In this document: in pieces, positions 1 through 11,400 of the stretch
Position numbering within the stretch: the first letter of the stretch is position 1
How the letters are laid out: each line of letters opens with the position of its first letter
Assembly (NCBI GenBank): GCA_038087875.1
Contig: CM075987.1
Span: forward strand, 20,152,001 to 20,216,000
DNA length: 64,000 bases
Source of the DNA: Malacoraja senta
Lineage: Eukaryota
Direction of reading: 5' to 3'
Program-made: the position numbers and the translations under genes
The notes under the pieces: model-generated
Database searches by the model: none
What the model saw: the letters and a program-made list of their open reading frames with translations, nothing else
What the model was told of the DNA's origin: nothing

Positions 1-870
1 ATACCAACTCTTCAACTATCATCCCCCCTTACCCGACCTCAATTTTTTATTTTTTTAAAGTACTTTTGCACCCTATGTTTGTAATAATTCTATAAATGCA
101 GACCACGTCAGGTGGAAGTGATCTGGTTTACCTGCTAGGAGGAGTCTTATCTCTTCAAGGTGTAGTGTTTCAAACATATTTGAAATCCACATATTTATAG
201 TTGGTATTGGAGCCTTCTTCCAAAATTTTAGAATTAGCTTTTTTCCAGTTATTAACCCATAATCCATTAATTTCTTTTGAAACACATTTAGTTCTGGATC
301 ATCTTCCGTTATTCCGAAGATAATCCATTCTGCTTTGGGTATCAGTCTTGTTTTAAATAACTTTGTAAAGATTTCAAAAATTTCATTCCAAAATTTTTGA
401 ATTTTTGTACAGAAGACAAATGAGTGCGCTATAGTTGCTTCTTGGGATTGACATTTATCACAAATAGATGATACGTTTGGGAAAATTTTATGAATTTTAG
501 TTTTCGAATAATATAATCTATGTAAAATTTTAAATTGTATTAAAGTGTGTCTTACATTAATCGAGCATTTATGTACTTTTAATAAGTATTCATTCCAACT
601 TTCCTTTGAAATTTTAATGGCTAACTCTTGTTCCCAGTCTCTTCTGATACCCTCCGTAGATGGTATTTGTACATTTAAGATAATATTGTACAAATATGAT
701 ATTAAGTTTGCTGATTCCGCTTTTGTCTGCATTGCCTCGTCCAGTACATCTGCTGGGTTATTATGATGATCTTTTATATATTTTTTCAAATAGTCGCATA
801 TTTGAAAGTATTTAAAATATTGATTATTTCCGAGTTTATATTTTATTTGTAATTGTTGAAATGAAAATAA
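1..870 (-). mobile_element. L1/Tx1-clade LINE, ORF2 C-terminal fragment (intronic, antisense to collagen)
   Basis: ORF 73-789(-) has QFKILHRLY and the C-terminal Cys-rich motif CDKC..HSFVFC..IQKFW typical of fish L1/Tx1 ORF2 ends. Boundaries approximate. Confidence 0.85.
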
Positions 871-1218
871 TTATGACAAAAATAAACTGAATATACAATT
901 GCAGGAAGGTGCTAAACGTGCATTATGGATTGTTGGCATCTATCTTCAGCTCTGAATTGTTAACATACAATGTTATACAACACTTTATACACATTTTCAA
1001 CGTTTTAGAATATGTGCAAAGTTCAGTGATTCTTTATTAATTTTTTTTATTTGGGATTTTGTCAGTACTGACATTTTACTAAATTTTTCAAACTTCTGAT
1101 CTTTGTGAATCTGGAAAGTTACTTATTCACACCCTACTGTCACAGTTAAACATGGTCATAGCTACAATAGTGTTTGAAAACTGTTGGCGGGAGAAAATAA
1201 ACTCTCTTTACTCTCCAG

Positions 1219-1272
1219 GGTAAAGAAGGCGTCATGGGTCCATTTGGATTTACAGGTCCTAAGGGGCATCCA
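1219..1272 (+). CDS. COL27A1: Collagen alpha-1(XXVII) triple-helix exon, 54 bp (GKEGVMGPFGFTGPKGHP)
   Basis: ctccag|...|gtaagt, phase 0, perfect Gly-X-Y, canonical 54-bp collagen exon. Confidence 0.92.
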
Positions 1273-1399
1273 GTAAGTATTCTTTCCTTTGTCTTTATGA
1301 AGTTAAATCAAAGAATTATTTGAATAATTGGTGGGATTTACAGTTTTTCATTATAACTTCCCTAGGCATGACAAATTTTATTTCCTATTTATTTCTTAG

Positions 1400-1435
1400 G
1401 GTCCAAAAGGTTACAAAGGAAATGAAGGTGATACG
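1400..1435 (+). CDS. COL27A1: COL27A1 triple-helix exon, 36 bp (GPKGYKGNEGDT)
   Basis: tttcttag|...|gtaaga, Gly-X-Y x4. Confidence 0.9.
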
Positions 1436-2823
1436 GTAAGACCAATAGTGAAAAAAATTAAAAGCCGGTCTCTCCACTTGATAAGTGAACTCCAGTTTCT
1501 CTTCGCTCTTCAATTTGAGGAACTTAATTTCTGTTCAAGATGTGATTTGTTAGTCATTTTAGTTTGTGTTGATTATTAACAATGATTGTACATATTGATT
1601 AATAGAACATAAGGAAGAGGAAGCTGATTAATCCATCAGAGCTGGTTAAGCAAAATTTAGAAAGTTAAAGAGAAAAGGCAACGAGATGTTGCTGAGTAGC
1701 AACATTGGTAATAATAGCCAAAGTCCAATAAAAACAAACAATAAAGCATATGTACCTCCTGTCAGAGTAAAAGCACGGGGAAAATGTACAAAAACAAATT
1801 GAAAGCTCTTTCTCTTAACGCATGCAGTATTTGCAACCATATTGATGAATAATAGCACATATAAATTAAATGGCTATGATCTCATAGCATTTGCAGAGAT
1901 GTAGATCTAAAGTGACCAAGATTAGGAAGTAAATACTCCAGGATATTTAATTCTTAGAATAAATAGAAGCAATGGAGGAGGAGGAGGATAGGTTGCATAG
2001 GATAAAAACAATGAGAAAATGGATCATGGTTTGGAAAATCAAGAAATAATCATTTTGGGTGCAGCTAAGAAATAGCAAGGGGCAGAAAACTTTGGGAGTT
2101 ATCTATGGACTTGGATTGTAATGAAATGCATAATACTGTAAAACTCCACTAATCCATTATCCATTGCTTATCTTAAAATAAAAAGTTGACCCAGGAGTCT
2201 CCTCCAGGCACCCTAGGCCTCCTCACCACTGTGAAGGCTGACCAACGCAGTGCTCAGGAGCCATAGGCGACGTTAGAGCAAATAAGAAATGTTCTGTACA
2301 TGTCTGTCAGAGGACTCTCATACATATCTGCTGGATCTCACTTTTGTTCATGATTAGTGTGCATGATGGTTCCAACAATCTTACGGGGTTGGACAGGCTA
2401 GATGCAGGAAAAAATTTCCCAATGTTGGGGGAGTCCAGAACCAGGGGTCACAGTTTAACAATAAGTGGAGGCCAATTCACTGGATGTTTTCAAGAGACAG
2501 TTAGATATAGCTCTTAGGGCTAATGGAATCAAGGGATATGGGGAGAAAGCAGGAACAGGGTACTGATTTTGGATGTTCAGCCATGATCATATTGATTGGC
2601 GGTGCAGGATCGAAGGACAGAATGGCCTACTCCTGCACCTATCTTCTATGTTGCAAATAGGTTGGGGTCAGCAATTCTGAATGTAGAGATCAGTGCCTTA
2701 GCAGAGCCATTGTTACAGGGGCTGGTTATCAATATTATATACTACCAAAATATTTCTGAGGATGTCCATGGGACTGACTTATCATTTTCTTTTATTTTGC
2801 CTCCCTCCTTGATTGAATGACAG

Positions 2824-2841
2824 GGGCCACAAGGACCAAAG
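2824..2841 (+). CDS. COL27A1: COL27A1 triple-helix microexon, 18 bp (GPQGPK)
   Basis: gacag|GGGCCACAAGGACCAAAG|gtaaga with an upstream pyrimidine tract; keeps the Gly-X-Y register. Confidence 0.85.
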
Positions 2842-3325
2842 GTAAGATGATGTCTTTTAATTTTTCAGATTATGTTATTCTTTTCTGGCATACATTTTGC
2901 AGAGGTTGCCTGATATAACCTGAAAACAGCACCAGTATAATTTTCAGTTTCACATTTGCTGGTGTTTTTACACTAAAAAAAGGAGCAATTCCACACCAAA
3001 AGGAGAGAATGGTCATCCCAGTGCAAACTACAGACAAACAAATCTTCCCATGACATGCTACAGTTTTGCCCTGCTGAGCACATATTCATATTATGAATCT
3101 GTAGTGTTACAAGCGATTGAGGCATATCCTACTTGCCCACCACAGAGTACAGACCATTCCGCTCATGTATTGCCCATCAGAAAAAATATATTAATTAGAA
3201 TCAGCTGCTATAAAACAATTGTAAACTTACTGTTAGAAAATACCACTATGACGTGTTCAATAAATATTTCTTTGTAAACACAATACTGGAAACTGATAGA
3301 ATACTTTATGCCTTCTAACTTTTAG

Positions 3326-3361
3326 GGTCCGATGGGGCCTCGAGGACTCCCTGGACCACCA
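3326..3361 (+). CDS. COL27A1: COL27A1 triple-helix exon, 36 bp (GPMGPRGLPGPP)
   Basis: ttttag|...|gtaagt, Gly-X-Y x4. Confidence 0.92.
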
Positions 3362-3471
3362 GTAAGTTCCTGGATTTTGTTTTTAACTCTTAACACCATA
3401 GCAACGTTTAGAACCTCAGTGACTATTGTTTGCAATGGGAAATAGAATGTCACAGAGCATAATATAGGTAA

Positions 3472-4062
3472 CTAGACCAAGTGGGACCCATTGGAGCCCT
3501 GTCACATGGGAGGTCAGGTCCCCCAACGCATCCCGTTCCCCCAACGCAATATTCCACCATTCACCCATAGCCCCCAACTACACAGGGGCGGCTCATTTCC
3601 CCTTATCCGCCAACACTCCCTCCCCCTCCTCTTCATTCTCCCTCTTTTTAAACTTTAAAAAAATGCAAGCACTTGCTGCCAGGACTTTAAAAAAATTGCA
3701 ATTCCACTTCCCCTGCCTCCCCCAGCACTCCCTCCCCCTCCTGTTCAGCCTCCCTCTGCCAGGACTCAGTGTTCTGTGATGGCAACATTTTTGCAAATGA
3801 GATCCCATTGTGACTGTAACTGCCACTGCAGTGTTCAAGTCATTCTTTCTCAACTGGATTTTATAAAGTTAAAAATGTGAATAACTTGTAAAATATAACA
3901 CCAATCTGAACGAAACTTGATGAAAACACACCACAAGACAATTGTGAGTAAGGTGGTGTAAAAATTGTAGTGCTATTCCGTACCGTTTTGGCAAATTTCA
4001 GGATCTCACTCACATGCAGACATCCAAACAAACAAGATGAGAGTTTTTGTAATATATATAGA
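3472..4062 (-). mobile_element. Non-autonomous Helitron-like element (591 bp) in a collagen intron
   Basis: Minus strand reads A^TCTATATATATTAC...GGGCTCCAATGGGTCCCACTTGGTCTAG^T: 5'-TC and 3'-CTAG termini, inserted between A and T, no TSD, imperfect GC-rich hairpin ~11 nt before the 3' end. Confidence 0.75.
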
Positions 4063-4110
4063 TAATCCGAAATTAATTTTTGGTTAGCTAACATTTGATC
4101 TTTTGAACAG

Positions 4111-4137
4111 GGTCTTCCCGGAATTCAAGACGCACTC
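4111..4137 (+). CDS. COL27A1: COL27A1 exon, 27 bp, end of helix/telopeptide (GLPGIQDAL)
   Basis: ttttgaacag|...|gtaagt, phase 0. Confidence 0.85.
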
Positions 4138-4563
4138 GTAAGTCATTGAAAATTAATTAATCTGTTCATTCTTCATGTATCAGAATGCCAGACTCTGTTA
4201 AATGGCTACTAAATTTAATCTGTTAAATTTCTCATAACACATATCCAACTGAGAGTTGACCACAGGTAGATACTTTCATAATAACAAGATAATGGGGTGA
4301 ATTAAACATTTTGCACAATGTACAATTCATCATACAGCATTATAAAATAATATTCTTTATTTTCCACATACAATAACAGATTTGAGTGGGTAATCTATAA
4401 TATACATTGATTGCTGTACAGACCTAAAAAAGTTAAATATTTCTAACATTTTTACTGCACTCAGCCCATTGCTACCTTGCTCCAAGAACTTTCTACTTTG
4501 TCCCAACTCGAGCATCGAGTTTCAGAGTTTTAGATGTTCTTATTTTGTACCACTAATTTTCAG

Positions 4564-4629
4564 AAACATGAAGAGCTCGGTGCTGCTTTACAAGCTTATA
4601 TTGAATCAAAAACTACACTCAGGACAGAG
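4564..4629 (+). CDS. COL27A1: COL27A1 exon, 66 bp (KHEELGAALQAYIESKTTLRTE)
   Basis: ttttcag|...|gtaact; resembles the clade C collagen linker before the C-propeptide. Confidence 0.85.
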
Positions 4630-4743
4630 GTAACTTAATGCCCCTAATCTGCACATTAATATCCTTCATCCGTTTGAAACCATTCTTCATAAAATTTGCA
4701 TTATATAATTAATCATGATTATGTATTTGTTTCCCTTACCCAG

Positions 4744-4912
4744 AACTATCAGAATTCAGACCTACCTTTGATTGACCAGGGAGCAGAGATCTTTAAGACT
4801 CTACACTACCTCAGTAATCTTATCCACAGCATAAAGAACCCTCTGGGCACCAGGGACAATCCTGCCCGGGTCTGCCGTGATCTTATGAACTGTGAGCAGC
4901 GAATGAATGATG
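4744..4912 (+). CDS. COL27A1: COL27A1 C-propeptide (COLFI) exon, 169 bp
   Basis: cccag|[57 protein letters not shown]|gtaagt; COLFI N-terminal motif GT..NPAR.C.DL..C. Confidence 0.95.
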
Positions 4913-5359
4913 GTAAGTTCAGCCCCAACACTAATACTGATTCTTTTTACTAATGCAATGTTTTTCGATATCTGTTTAGTACCTCCCCACGACAACATTA
5001 CCACACAATTTGAATCCTATTATTAATGTATATGACGCAGCACAGATGGACACCATGTAATCCATTTGGCTGCCAGCTCTTTGCTGAAGTTATCCAGTTG
5101 ATCATACTCCCTTCTCTTTCCCAGTTTCCCACTACTTTTTCCCTTCACGAGTTAATCCAATTCACTATTGAATGTACGATTAGATCTTCCACCACTGTTT
5201 CAAGCAGTACATTCAGCATCAAAACACTAATCGTGTACAAAAATATTTTCTTGTGTCACTTCTGATCCTTTGCAAAGCATTTTAAATGTGTATGTTCTGC
5301 TGCAGTTCCTCTGCGAGATCTGCACGTACCAGCCCGTTTGACCTTTTCTAACGCCATCT

Positions 5360-7830
5360 ACTAATGTAAGATGGTGCCTACCTGCAGTGACATTTTGCCA
5401 GCGGCACAACAGAAAATCTTCAAATATAGTATTTCTGAGCTCACCTGTATCAAAGAATCTGCAGAAATCAACGATGTAAGTAGCGAGCTGCTAACGCATT
5501 TAAATGCATTAGCGCTACTGCGAACTCCCGAAGGTAGCGACTGTAAGGGAATCGTCAATCGGAGGGGAATCCCCGACCTCGCGGAGGAGCGCAGGTACAG
5601 TAAGTACTGTACCTGTAAACACCGGGGAGGCCTTCATGGACTCTGGAGTCGAGGCCGTCGGGCAGGATCTCCCAGCAGCAACGGAGCTGGAGGTGCCGAC
5701 TGTAAGGGAATCCCCGAACTCAGGGGAATACCCGACCTCACAGAGACTCGCAAGTACTGTACCTTTAAACACAGAGGAGGGCTTCATGGAGTACGGAAAC
5801 GTGGTCATCGGGCAGGAGGGGGACAGAGGAACAACTCCAGGACTGCTTGGAGGCTGTAGACTGGGCAATGTTCAGGGACTCGGCAACGGACCTGAATGAA
5901 TATGCCACAGTCGTTACAGACGGTTTCCTAACCAGAAGCCTTGGATGAACCATGAGATCCAGATTCTTCTGATGGCAAGATCCCGGGCATTCAGGTCTGG
6001 CGATGCAGAGGTCTATAAGAAGTCCAGATACGACCTTGGTAAGGCCATCAAAAAGGCCAAAAGGGACCTGCTCTAAGCTGGAGGATGAGACGGATGTTCG
6101 ACAATTGTGGCAGGGCTTAAATGCCATCACCGCCTACAAGGCGAAATCAGGAGGCGGCTCAAACGACGAGCTCAATGCGTTCTACGCACGGTTCCATAGG
6201 GAGAACACTGATGTGCCTTCCCGAGCCCCTATTCGCCCTGACCCTGTTACAGTCATAGTCACAGAGGCCGACGTCAGAAGATCCTTCAGGGGGGTGAACC
6301 CTCGGAAAGTGCCTGGACCTGATGGTATACCCGGTCGTGTTCTCAAGACCTGTGCAGAACAACTGGTGGGAGTTTTTGCAGACATTTTCAACCTCTCACT
6401 TCTGAGGTCTGAGGTTCCCACCTGCTTTAAGAGGGCATCAATAATACCGGTGCCCAAGAAGAGTAAGGTGACGTGCCTCAATGACTATCGACCAGTGGCA
6501 CTAACGTCTGTGGTGATGAAGTGCTTTGAGAGGTTGGTTATGGTGCACAACAACTCCTACCTCGACAAGAACCTCGACCAACTACAGTTCGCTTACTGCC
6601 ACAACAGGTCAACGGTAGATGCAATTTCACTGGCTCTCCACTCTGCGCTGGATCACTAGGACAATAAAAACACTTACGTCAGGCTGTTGTTTATAGACTA
6701 CAGCTCGGCGTTTAATACCATCATCCTTTCCGAGTTACCAAGCTCACGGAACTGGGCCTCTGCGCATCTCTCTGCAATTGGATCCTCGACTTCCTTATCC
6801 ATAGAGCACAGTCTGTTCGAATTGGAGGAACCACTTCATCCTCAGTAACAATTAGTACGGGAGCACCTCAAGGTTGCATGCTCAGCCCCCTGCTTTACTC
6901 ACTCTATACCCATGACTGCGTAGCCGGTCATAGTGCGAACTCCATCATCAAGTTCGTCGATGACACCACTGTGGTTAGACGAATCACAGATGGGGACGAG
7001 TCAGAGTATAGAAGTGAGATCGACCAACTGACCAAATGGTGCCAGCACAACAACCTGGCTCTCAACATCAGTAAGACCAAGGAACTGATTGTGGACTTTA
7101 GTAGGGGAAGGATGAGGACCCACAATCCTGTTTATATCAACGGGACAATGGTGGAGAGGGTCAATAACTTGAAATTCCTGGGCATGCATATATCAGAAGA
7201 TCTTTCCTGGACCCAGCACACCGATGCAATTGTACAGCAGGCACATCAGCGACTCTACTTCCTGAGAAGATTACGGAGATTCGGCACGTCGAAGAGGATT
7301 CTCCTAAACTTCTACAGGTGCACGGTAGAGAGCATTCTGACAGGTTGCATCGTGGCCTGGTTCGGCAACTTGAACTTCCAGGAGCGAAAAAGACTACAAA
7401 AAGTTGTGACCACTGCCCAGTCCATCACCGGCTTTGACCACCCCACCATTGAAGGGATCTATCGTAGTCGCTGCCTCAAAAAGGCAGCTAAAATCATCAA
7501 GGACTCACACCATCCTGGCCACACACTTATCTCACCACTGCCATCAGGAAGAAGGTACAGGAGCCTGAAGACTGTAACATCCAGGTTCAGGAACAGCTGC
7601 TTCCCCACAGCCATCAGGCTATTAAACACAACGAATAAGCTATGAGCTCTGAACTGCAAAAGACTATATTATTATTTGTTATTTGCACTATATTTGTTAT
7701 TTATTTAACTTTTTTTCCCCAGTTATATACAATGTTTACATATTCACATATTCTGTTGTGCTGCAGCAAGTAAGAATTTCATTGTCCCGTCCGGGACATA
7801 TGACAATAAAACATTCTTGACTTCTTGACT
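5360..7830 (+). mobile_element. Rex1/Babar-type LINE, decayed, endonuclease region missing
   Basis: ORFs 6003-6659 and 6878-7645 encode RT ([26 protein letters not shown]) with stops and frameshifts; 3' stem-loop then GACAATAAA and (CTTGA) tail at ~7760-7830. 5' boundary approximate. Confidence 0.9.
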
Positions 7831-8278
7831 TTTCTCCATGTTGATAGCATGAACTTCTCCAGATTGAAATTAACTGGTTGGAAGTCAAGACCTGTCAAGA
7901 AAGAAAGTTTGTTATTTCCTTTAAAAGCCTAGTTGTACACAGACCTAGACAACTCTCAAACTGCTGGATGAACAAAGTCTAAAACACAAATTGCAATGCT
8001 ATATCCCACATGCTCTAAAGCATAGACTCAGAGACACACTTGCTATCAGCCTCTACCACTTGTACCAAGGACTTATTCAATTATCTCAATTTTTAGGTAG
8101 TTTCTGAATATGTTTTGAGTAGTAAATATCCAATTACAGGTCAATCCCACTTTTGCCTAGCTGGCTAGATATGCGGACCACAGACCATTTTACAAAGAAA
8201 ATCTGAATGGTGCATTTCCCAACTTCCACTTGTTGCTTGTGTACAATTATGTTTCTTATTCTTTTATGTAATATTTAG

Positions 8279-8388
8279 GCACTTACTGGATTGATCCCAA
8301 CCTTGGTTGTACTTCTGACACAATTGAAGTAGCCTGTAACTTCACTAATGGTGGACAAACTTGCCTCAAGCCCATCACTGTGTCAAAG
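8279..8388 (+). CDS. COL27A1: COL27A1 C-propeptide exon, 110 bp ([37 protein letters not shown])
   Basis: atttag|...|gtaagg; phase 1 in, phase 0 out; YWIDPN.GC motif. Not shown in the ORF track. Confidence 0.96.
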
Positions 8389-8491
8389 GTAAGGCTATGT
8401 TCTAACCTATAGAGTCATACAACACAAACTGTTCCGTCACCCTAATTCATCCATGCCGGCCAGGTTTTGTAACTGAGCTAGTCCCGTTTGG

Positions 8492-8622
8492 TCTCTCTCT
8501 CTCTGTCTCTCGTTCTCTCTCTCTCTGTCTCTCTCCCTCTCTCTCTGTCTCTCTCCCTCTCTCTCTGTCTCTCTCCCTCTCTCTCTCTCTCTCTGTCTCT
8601 CTCTCTGTCTCTCTCTCTGTCT
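8492..8622. repeat. (CT)n/CTGT microsatellite
   Basis: Directly visible. Confidence 0.95.
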
Positions 8623-8819
8623 AATTGGCTTGGTTAATTGGCTTGGTGTAAATGTAAAATTGTCCCTAGTCTGTGTAGGATAGTGTTAATGTGCAGGGAT
8701 CACTGGTAGGTGCGGACTCGGTGGGTCGAAGGGCCTGGTTCCACACTGTATATCAAGCCTAAACTAAACTAAAAGATTGTATCTACCTCTATAATGTCAA
8801 CCCTTAGTTTCAGTTTTGT

Positions 8820-9850
8820 TTATTGTCATTTTACCACCTTAACCTCATACATTCCAAGGAATAAAAGACCCAGTCTATCCTTCCTCTCTAAGCTCTCAAA
8901 ATCAGGCAACATCCTTGTGAATCTTTTCTGCACACTTAATGACATCTTTCCTAAAGTAGGGAAACTAGAACTGTACCCAATAAAGTGATCTCAAAGTCTT
9001 GTAGAACTATAATATGATATGCCAACTCCTATACTTAATACTCTTACTGATGATGGTCAGTATACAAAACGGCTTCTTTACCACCCTATCCACTTGTGTC
9101 GCCACTTTGAAGGAACTTAGTACTTCTGTCCATAGGTCTCTCTGCTCTACAACACCCTTCAGGGGCCCCAGTATTTACTGTGCAAGTCATGGCCTGGTTT
9201 GACTTGCCAAAATGCATCATCTCAAACTTGTCCGAGTTAAATTCCATCTGCCATTTCTTGGCCCACTTCCGTAATTAATCCAAATATTTTTGTAAACTTA
9301 AATATCCCTCTGAACTGTAGCACCAATTTTTGTGTAATCTGCAAATTTACCAACCACGCTAGCTACATTGTCATCCAATTTGTAAAATAGATGAAATAAA
9401 ACAACAGCAGAGATCCCTCTGGCACACCACTTACTCCCCTCTAACTCCTTCCACTATGTCTATTTTAAATCCAATCTTATCTCCCATGTGACCTAACCTT
9501 CCAACCTGGCCTATCATGCAAAACCTTGTCAATGGTCTTGCTAAAGTCCATGTAGACAATGTCCACCACCCTGATAACCTCTTCAAAACCGATCAAATTT
9601 GTTATACACAATTTCCCACACACAAAGCCTTGCTGGCTATCCCTAATGCTGATAGATCCTGTCCTTCAGAATCCCCTCCAGTAACATACCCACCAATTAT
9701 GTCAGGCTCATCAGACTGTAGTTTCCTGGCTTGTCCTTACAACCCTTCTTAAAGAGGGATACAATATTAGGCAGCTTCCAGCCTTCTGATACCTTCCCCC
9801 ACCCCATCGTCACTAAAGACAATGCAAGTATCTCTGCCAAGGCTCCAGCA
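8820..9850 (-). mobile_element. Degenerate CR1 LINE fragment
   Basis: Similar to the CR1 copies at 10570-11400 and 18700-20635 (e.g. ggcaacatccttgtgaatct). Boundaries approximate. Confidence 0.65.
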
Positions 9851-10569
9851 ATTAGCTAGGGTGCCAGCATGCTTGGAACATCCCTACACATACCTAAAAC
9901 CTGATTAACCCGCAGCACACTAATATAGCAAAGACAATGGCCTGAAGAAGGGTCTCGATCTGAAACATCACCCATTCCTTCTCTCCAGAGATGCTGCCTG
10001 TCCTGCTGAGTTATTCCAGCGTCTTGAGTTTATCTTCGGTTTTAACCAGCATCTGCAGTTCCTTCTTACACATTCCTTACTCTAAGCTGTTCCAATACTG
10101 CTACAGCATTGCCAGGTACCCAACAATGTGGAACATTTCCCAGAGGTATGACTGCCCTTGTTTGTGTTTGATTGAGTGTGGCATCAGAACACTGTTGAAA
10201 TTGAAATCAATGGCAGTCAAGGGAGGCTTACCTTGTATGAAAGAAGATTGTTGTGGTTGTTCAAGGTCTATCATCCACAACCATCTGGCACCATCCAAGA
10301 CACCACTGCTGTAGTTTCTCAGTGCAGTGTCCTCTGTCCAATCAGGTGCTTCAGCAATGAATTCCCTTTGGTCATAAAATGAGAATATTTTGGGAGTATT
10401 TGTAGCTCTAACAGTGGTCTGCTCCTGCTCATAATCAACTTTTTTTTTCCCCCCTGATGATTGCACAATATTCAATTCCATGCACAAAACTCCATTCACA
10501 GCTACTCCACAAATGAAGCCATCCATGCAAGAGCTGAACAATGTTCAGGCAAGGACAAGCAACAGAGTC

Positions 10570-11400
10570 TGACCAGCAATAAGCCCTTCAGCCTAGCTTG
10601 TTAATGCTGACCAAAACCATTTACTGTAGTCCAACTTGCCCACATTTGGCCCATATCCATCTAGACCTTTCCTATCCATGTACCTGTCCAACTGTTATTT
10701 GGCCTCAACTATCACCTCCGGCAGGTCGTTCCTATACCCACCACCCTCTAAGTGAAAAAGTTGCTCCAAAGAGTTCCTATTAAATCTTTCACCTCTCACC
10801 TTAAACCTATGTCTTCTATCTACTCTGGGTAAAAGACTGTGCATTCACCCTGTCTATTCCCCTCATGATTTTATTCATGATCACCCATTTGCCCTCTGTG
10901 CTCCAAGGTCCTAATCTGCCCAACCTCTCCCTATAGCTCAGGTCCTCGAGTCCTGGCAACATCCTCATAAATCTCCTCTGCACTCTTTCCAGCTGAATGA
11001 CTGGATGACTAATGACTTCATGTGACAGGATGACCAAAAGTGAACACAATACTCCAAATGCAGCCTCACCAACATGTTGTACAAATGAAACATAACATTC
11101 CCAACCCTATTCTCAATACCCTGACTGATGAAGGCCACTATACTAAAAGCCTTCTTGACTATCCTATCTACCAGTTATGCCTCTTTCAGGGAGCTATATA
11201 CCTGTACTCTTAGATCCATCTGCTCTCCAACACTCCCCAGGACCCTACCCTTCACTGCGAAAGTTCTGCACTGATTTGACTTTCCAAAATGCAACACCTC
11301 ACACTTATCTGCATTAAACTTCATTAGCAATTCCGCAGCCCCCTTTGCCGAGTTTTTCAAGATCCTGCTGTGATTTTTGATAACCATCTCTCTATCATTT
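10570..11400 (-). mobile_element. CR1 LINE 3' fragment
   Basis: ORFs give MKFNADKCEVLHFGK and LERVQRRFMRMLPGL..LSYRERL, CR1 ORF2 C-terminal motifs. Confidence 0.85.
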
